The position numbers and the translations under genes are program-made. The notes under the pieces were generated by a model. The model had not been told where the DNA came from. It ran no database searches and saw only the letters and a program-made list of their open reading frames with translations. Positions 60,130 through 64,000 of a DNA stretch of 64,000 bases are shown here, one piece after another (positions within the stretch are counted from its first letter, which is position 1; every line of letters begins with the position of its first letter). Location: positions 2,762 to 66,761 of the forward strand of contig JAXGYI010000002.1 in assembly GCA_040772365.1 (NCBI GenBank). The letters run 5' to 3'. The stretch comes from Candidatus Moraniibacteriota bacterium. GTDB lineage: Bacteria > Patescibacteriota > Minisyncoccia > Moranbacterales > GCA-2747515.

Positions 60130-61389
60130 ATGGTACACCTGTTTGGTCTCATGCGCATATCATTTAAAAGCCTGTTTTCCCATACGGGGCGAACAGTGTT
60201 AACGCTGTCTGGTATCATCGTGAGTGTCATAGCGATTATGAGCGTTGTGACGTTGGGTGAATCACTACGCAACTATGTCACTAAGGAGGTGGAGTCGTTT
60301 GGCACGGATACGATTCAGGTGGAAGTTTCTGTGCCGGAGACGGGGCGCGTGTCTGCGGAAAATGGAGCAGCACAGGCAATGGGCGTACAGATTACAACGC
60401 TGACAGATCGCGACGCAGAAGCTATTGCACTTTTGCCAGATGTGGCAGCATATAACATTGGCGTCATCGGACAGACGCGCACAACCTATGCCAATAAAAA
60501 ACGCTACACGATGATTTTGGGATCGTCGTCCACTGCGCCAATTGTGGATTCCAATATTGTACTAGATGCCGGACGATTTTTCTCTGCAGAAGAGGAGAAG
60601 TCTGCAATGAATGTGGTTGTACTTGGGTCAGATGTTGCTGAAGCTTTTGCCGGTGACCACACTGCAGATCTCGTAGGGCAGCGTATTACCGTCAACAGTA
60701 GTAAGTACCTTGTCGTGGGCATTGCCAAGAAGCGCGGTGCAACATTTGGCGTATCTTTTGACGATATGATTTACATGCCGTATACGACACTCCAGAAAAA
60801 AATTCTTGGCATTAAGCATATCAGTTATATTACAGTTAAAGCTACCGATCCTGCACATGTGGATCGCGCAGCACAAACAATCCGCACACTTCTCCGTCTC
60901 CGTCACGGCATTAAGACAGAGGCAGCGGAAGATTTTTCCGTGACAACGATTACAGAAGCACAGGAGATTCTTGGTACAATTTTAGGTAGCATGAATATTC
61001 TCTTATTGGCACTGGCGTCGGTATCTCTCGTAGTTGGGGGTATTGGCATTATGAATATTATGTTGGTATCCATTGAAGAGCGGCGACGTGAGATTGGACT
61101 ACGTAAAGCTCTCGGTGCGCGCAAGAATGATATGATTGTGCAATTTCTTATTGAGTCAGTGATGATTGCCTGTGCTGGAGCGCTCATCGGTGTGGTTATT
61201 ACTGTAATCCTTTTATCAGCAGCGTTTAGTGGTATTCAGTATGCAGGATTTGACTCTATTCATTTCTACATCCCCACAAAAGCCATTCTCATTGCACTGC
61301 TCTTTTCTATTTCAACAGGGATAGTTTTTGGCGTCTATCCAGCACGTCGTGCAACACAGATTTCTCCCATGGAAGCCCTAGCATCATAG
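60130..61389 (+). CDS. second FtsX/MacB-type ABC permease
   Basis: paralog of the upstream permease with the same architecture. Confidence 0.75.
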   Translation: MVHLFGLMRISFKSLFSHTGRTVLTLSGIIVSVIAIMSVVTLGESLRNYVTKEVESFGTDTIQVEVSVPETGRVSAENGAAQAMGVQITTLTDRDAEAIALLPDVAAYNIGVIGQTRTTYANKKRYTMILGSSSTAPIVDSNIVLDAGRFFSAEEEKSAMNVVVLGSDVAEAFAGDHTADLVGQRITVNSSKYLVVGIAKKRGATFGVSFDDMIYMPYTTLQKKILGIKHISYITVKATDPAHVDRAAQTIRTLLRLRHGIKTEAAEDFSVTTITEAQEILGTILGSMNILLLALASVSLVVGGIGIMNIMLVSIEERRREIGLRKALGARKNDMIVQFLIESVMIACAGALIGVVITVILLSAAFSGIQYAGFDSIHFYIPTKAILIALLFSISTGIVFGVYPARRATQISPMEALAS

Positions 61390-61398
61390 TTGACACAC

Positions 61399-61429
61399 AA
61401 AAAAAACCGCATCCCACTACAGGATGCGG
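61399..61429 (-). terminator. intrinsic terminator for the minus-strand gene 61445-61741
   Basis: ccgcatcc / ggatgcgg 8-bp stem; T-run on the minus strand (A8 on plus). Confidence 0.6.
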
Positions 61430-61444
61430 TATGATCTATATATG

Positions 61445-61741
61445 CTAGCGACGCTTTTTCTTTCCACTGCTTTTCACAACTGCTGTCACTGCAGCGCCGA
61501 TCGCCGCACCAATACCAGCAGCGATTGCTGCAGATTTCTCTGGATTCTTTTTAATATAGGTCACGACGCTTTTCTCTGCTTTGGCAATCTCCTTTTTTGC
61601 CTTGGCAAGATTGCGTTCCATCATTTTTTGTGCTTTTTCTATTTCTTTTTGTGCCTTTGCTTTTGCACGTTCCGCCTCTTTTCTTGCCGCATCCTTTACG
61701 TTTGCTGCAAGCTCTTTGGGGGGTTTTTGTACAGCCGCCAT
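61445..61741 (-). CDS. small coiled-coil protein with C-terminal Gly-zipper membrane anchor (ElaB/YqjD-like?)
   Basis: K/A/E-rich heptad region then AAIAAGIGAAIGAAVTAVV. Confidence 0.4.
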   Translation of the reverse strand: MAAVQKPPKELAANVKDAARKEAERAKAKAQKEIEKAQKMMERNLAKAKKEIAKAEKSVVTYIKKNPEKSAAIAAGIGAAIGAAVTAVVKSSGKKKRR

Positions 61742-61945
61742 AGCGATGTGTATTACATATTATTCTTTCCTATAGTGTAGCACACTTTTCAAGAGGACGC
61801 GAGGGTGTCACAGTGTAGAGGTGTCCGCTGGGCAAAGGCGAGTTCTTGACAAATCATCATATTTCTGCTATAATTTACTGTTCTGCGATTTTTAGTAATA
61901 ACTGCACAAATCGTGCTACGCAGATTATTTGATGGCATAAGAGAT

Positions 61946-62905
61946 ATGATGAAGACCTGGAGAAACTATTGTCATACGCACTGGCGTATCATCATTCTAG
62001 CAACACTTGTTGGTGCTGTTTTGGCATTTACAACTGTGGCGCTGATTCCTGCAAAATTTCAAACAGAAATGCAGATTCTTATTGTACAGAACCACCATGC
62101 GGATCGCGATGATACATCGGCTGCCTTGCGGCTGACAGCATACTTCACACATGTCATGAAGAACTCTATCCATACGACGTCTTTTTTTCACAAAGTACAG
62201 GAAGCGCCGTTTGCTGTGAGAAAAACATTTACAGATGACCCTGCTGTGCGACAGAAGCAATGGAAGTCTGCCGTGCGCGTTGTAGCACATGAGGAGTCTG
62301 GCATGATCCGTGTACGTGTCACAGACACTTCGCGAACAACGGCAGAAGAAACTGCCAAGGGCATTGCCTATGTTCTCACAACAAAAAACCACGACTATCG
62401 CGGCGCAAACGATGGGCTTGTGGTGCGTATGGTTGATGGACCGACAACGCCACTGACACCAACATTACCGCGTATTACACCGTGGACGATTTTTGGCGCC
62501 GTTGTTGGATGTAGCACTGCCTGGATATTCATCATCTTCTTCCCACACCTCTTGCCACACAAAGCAGTGGGTAGGCAAGAGCAGTCACTCCGCGGCGTAC
62601 GACATGATGATGAGATGCAAGCGGACTTAGCATTTGTCCAGAAGCGCGATGACGATCCTGTAAGTGAGAGTGCTATACGCACACATTTTCGTCCTGTTGC
62701 GCAACGTACCGAGCCGCGTAATCTTCCCATCGCTGATCAGACACTTCTCGCCGCAGACGTTGCAGCGCCTATGGCGGATGATGACGTCACAGCGCTCGTT
62801 ACTGACGATCGTGACGATGTTGCAGCACTACCGCGCGAAGCGGACGCCGAGGTGGAAGATCTCCATGCACAGATCACGGCATTTCACAAAAATAATCCAT
62901 CATAA
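61946..62905 (+). CDS. Wzz-like polysaccharide co-polymerase/chain-length determinant (tentative)
   Basis: TM - about 170-aa extracytoplasmic domain - TM topology, acidic cytoplasmic tail. Confidence 0.35.
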   Translation: MMKTWRNYCHTHWRIIILATLVGAVLAFTTVALIPAKFQTEMQILIVQNHHADRDDTSAALRLTAYFTHVMKNSIHTTSFFHKVQEAPFAVRKTFTDDPAVRQKQWKSAVRVVAHEESGMIRVRVTDTSRTTAEETAKGIAYVLTTKNHDYRGANDGLVVRMVDGPTTPLTPTLPRITPWTIFGAVVGCSTAWIFIIFFPHLLPHKAVGRQEQSLRGVRHDDEMQADLAFVQKRDDDPVSESAIRTHFRPVAQRTEPRNLPIADQTLLAADVAAPMADDDVTALVTDDRDDVAALPREADAEVEDLHAQITAFHKNNPS

Positions 62906-63047
62906 AAATTTTGGAGTCACAGAATTGCTCAAAATAAAGCAAGAGACCGCTTGAAGCGGTTTTTTGTTATTTGTAATGCATTTGGCAAAGAGGCTGTTTT
63001 CCTATACAATGCAAGTAAAAGAAATTTTAATGTATTACTAAACTTCT

Positions 63048-64000
63048 ATGAAAAAAGCTGTAGTTTTTCTGGCACTTATGCTGATGGGATTTTTTATGCA
63101 ATCTCACCATACGCACGCAGCTGGCGTGGAGACAATTAGAATTAATGAGACATATCATAATGTTGGTGAGGAAGGTCCTGGATGGAGTTTTCCTGAAGCG
63201 GGAAAGCTTGTTTTGACAGATGCTAATCTTGTCTCCATCAGTAATAATAAGGCTGATACTTCTGATACGCTGAACATTGTACTTGAAGGAACGAATACCT
63301 TGCAGCAAATACTCTACTCTCCCAGTGCAACTCTTACGATCTCTGGTAGCGGTCTTTTAAAAATGACAGAACCGGAAGCTGAGCTTAATACAATATCTTC
63401 GTTTATTAGGGTTAACCAGGGTCCTTTAAGGCTCAAGGATAGTGCCAAGATTGATATTGCATACGCTGGGAATACGAAAGATTCTTATAGAGCGATTTTC
63501 GTTAGACATTTGTATGTAGATGATAATGCCAGTCTTTCCGTCGTGCTTACTGATGTACATGCCAAAACCTTAGGCATTCACATTTTTAATTCCTTTCAAT
63601 TTAATACAACGGGCAAGGTATTGTCCAAAGTTACATTTTCCAGTGACGCATCAAAATATGTAAAAGAAGACACACGGGCATTGCTCACTAGTAATCTAAG
63701 TCCTTCTGAGGCGATTTTTGCCGGAAGCGGTTCCTATGAATTTCAAGTGGATGGTGGGGAGCGAGCAGTGAGGTTTGAGAAGAGTGGGACACAAACTTTT
63801 ACTTTCAATAACGATCAGGAGATTGTCACGCCTGTGGGCGGTGGGTTGATTGTGGATGGAGATGAGACGATGATTGTGGATGCTGACAACAGTCCGTTAG
63901 TGCCGCATGTCAAGATTGCACGAAAGTTCTCGTTGGATGCGGTGAATTTAGGACCAATGGGGGCAGGTACATTGGATGTGATGCCGGACGAAGAAATATT
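63048..64000 (+). CDS. secreted hypothetical protein, truncated by the window end
   Basis: ATG at 63048 with signal peptide MKKAVVFLALMLMGFFMQSHHTHA; frame open to the window end. Confidence 0.4.
   Translation, partial: MKKAVVFLALMLMGFFMQSHHTHAAGVETIRINETYHNVGEEGPGWSFPEAGKLVLTDANLVSISNNKADTSDTLNIVLEGTNTLQQILYSPSATLTISGSGLLKMTEPEAELNTISSFIRVNQGPLRLKDSAKIDIAYAGNTKDSYRAIFVRHLYVDDNASLSVVLTDVHAKTLGIHIFNSFQFNTTGKVLSKVTFSSDASKYVKEDTRALLTSNLSPSEAIFAGSGSYEFQVDGGERAVRFEKSGTQTFTFNNDQEIVTPVGGGLIVDGDETMIVDADNSPLVPHVKIARKFSLDAVNLGPMGAGTLDVMPDEEI

Overview
This window looks like a small-genome bacterium, probably from the Candidate Phyla Radiation (CPR/Patescibacteria). The basis is its 16S rRNA, which is divergent at the universal primer sites. 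Most of the window is a housekeeping backbone of about 50% GC: lepA, leuS, dxr, rpsL-rpsG-fusA, cspA, lysS, obg, serS, priA, a malic enzyme, a MacAB-type ABC exporter and two tandem tRNA-Pro genes.

The 16S gene (5410-6948) has a consensus sigma70 promoter upstream and two intrinsic terminators downstream. It is not followed by a 23S gene. The classical spacer tRNA-Ile(GAT) sits 9.3 kb downstream at 16277-16352.

Between them lies an AT-rich island of about 8.5 kb (7077-15603). It is flanked by an imperfect direct repeat of about 126 bp (6951-7076 and 15604-15729). The second copy is preceded by a degenerate copy of the 16S 3' end.

The island carries:
- a class-II aaRS-like ligase of the AsnRS/AspRS type, with no anticodon-binding domain and a frameshift in a C5 run;
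- a SAM methyltransferase;
- an S66 LD-carboxypeptidase (MccF-like);
- an ATP-grasp ligase;
- a frameshifted rpiB;
- a possible HisRS/HisZ-like protein;
- a NIF3-family protein;
- decayed fragments, including a remnant of an SOS-response-associated peptidase (SRAP).

This looks like a horizontally acquired amino-acid/peptide ligation cassette, possibly for an aminoacyl-nucleotide product with MccF-like immunity. The product is unknown. I rate this island as the most interesting item in the window.

Downstream of tRNA-Ile, an intact IS481-like element and a disrupted IS3-like remnant bracket a sortase gene that carries thrombospondin-type-3-like calcium-binding repeats.

Other notable items are a secreted ClpP-like protease, an atypical str operon (a membrane protein inserted between rpsG and fusA, and no tuf), an RND/MMPL-like transporter operon with secreted partner proteins, and several terminator and palindrome elements.

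No CRISPR array was found.
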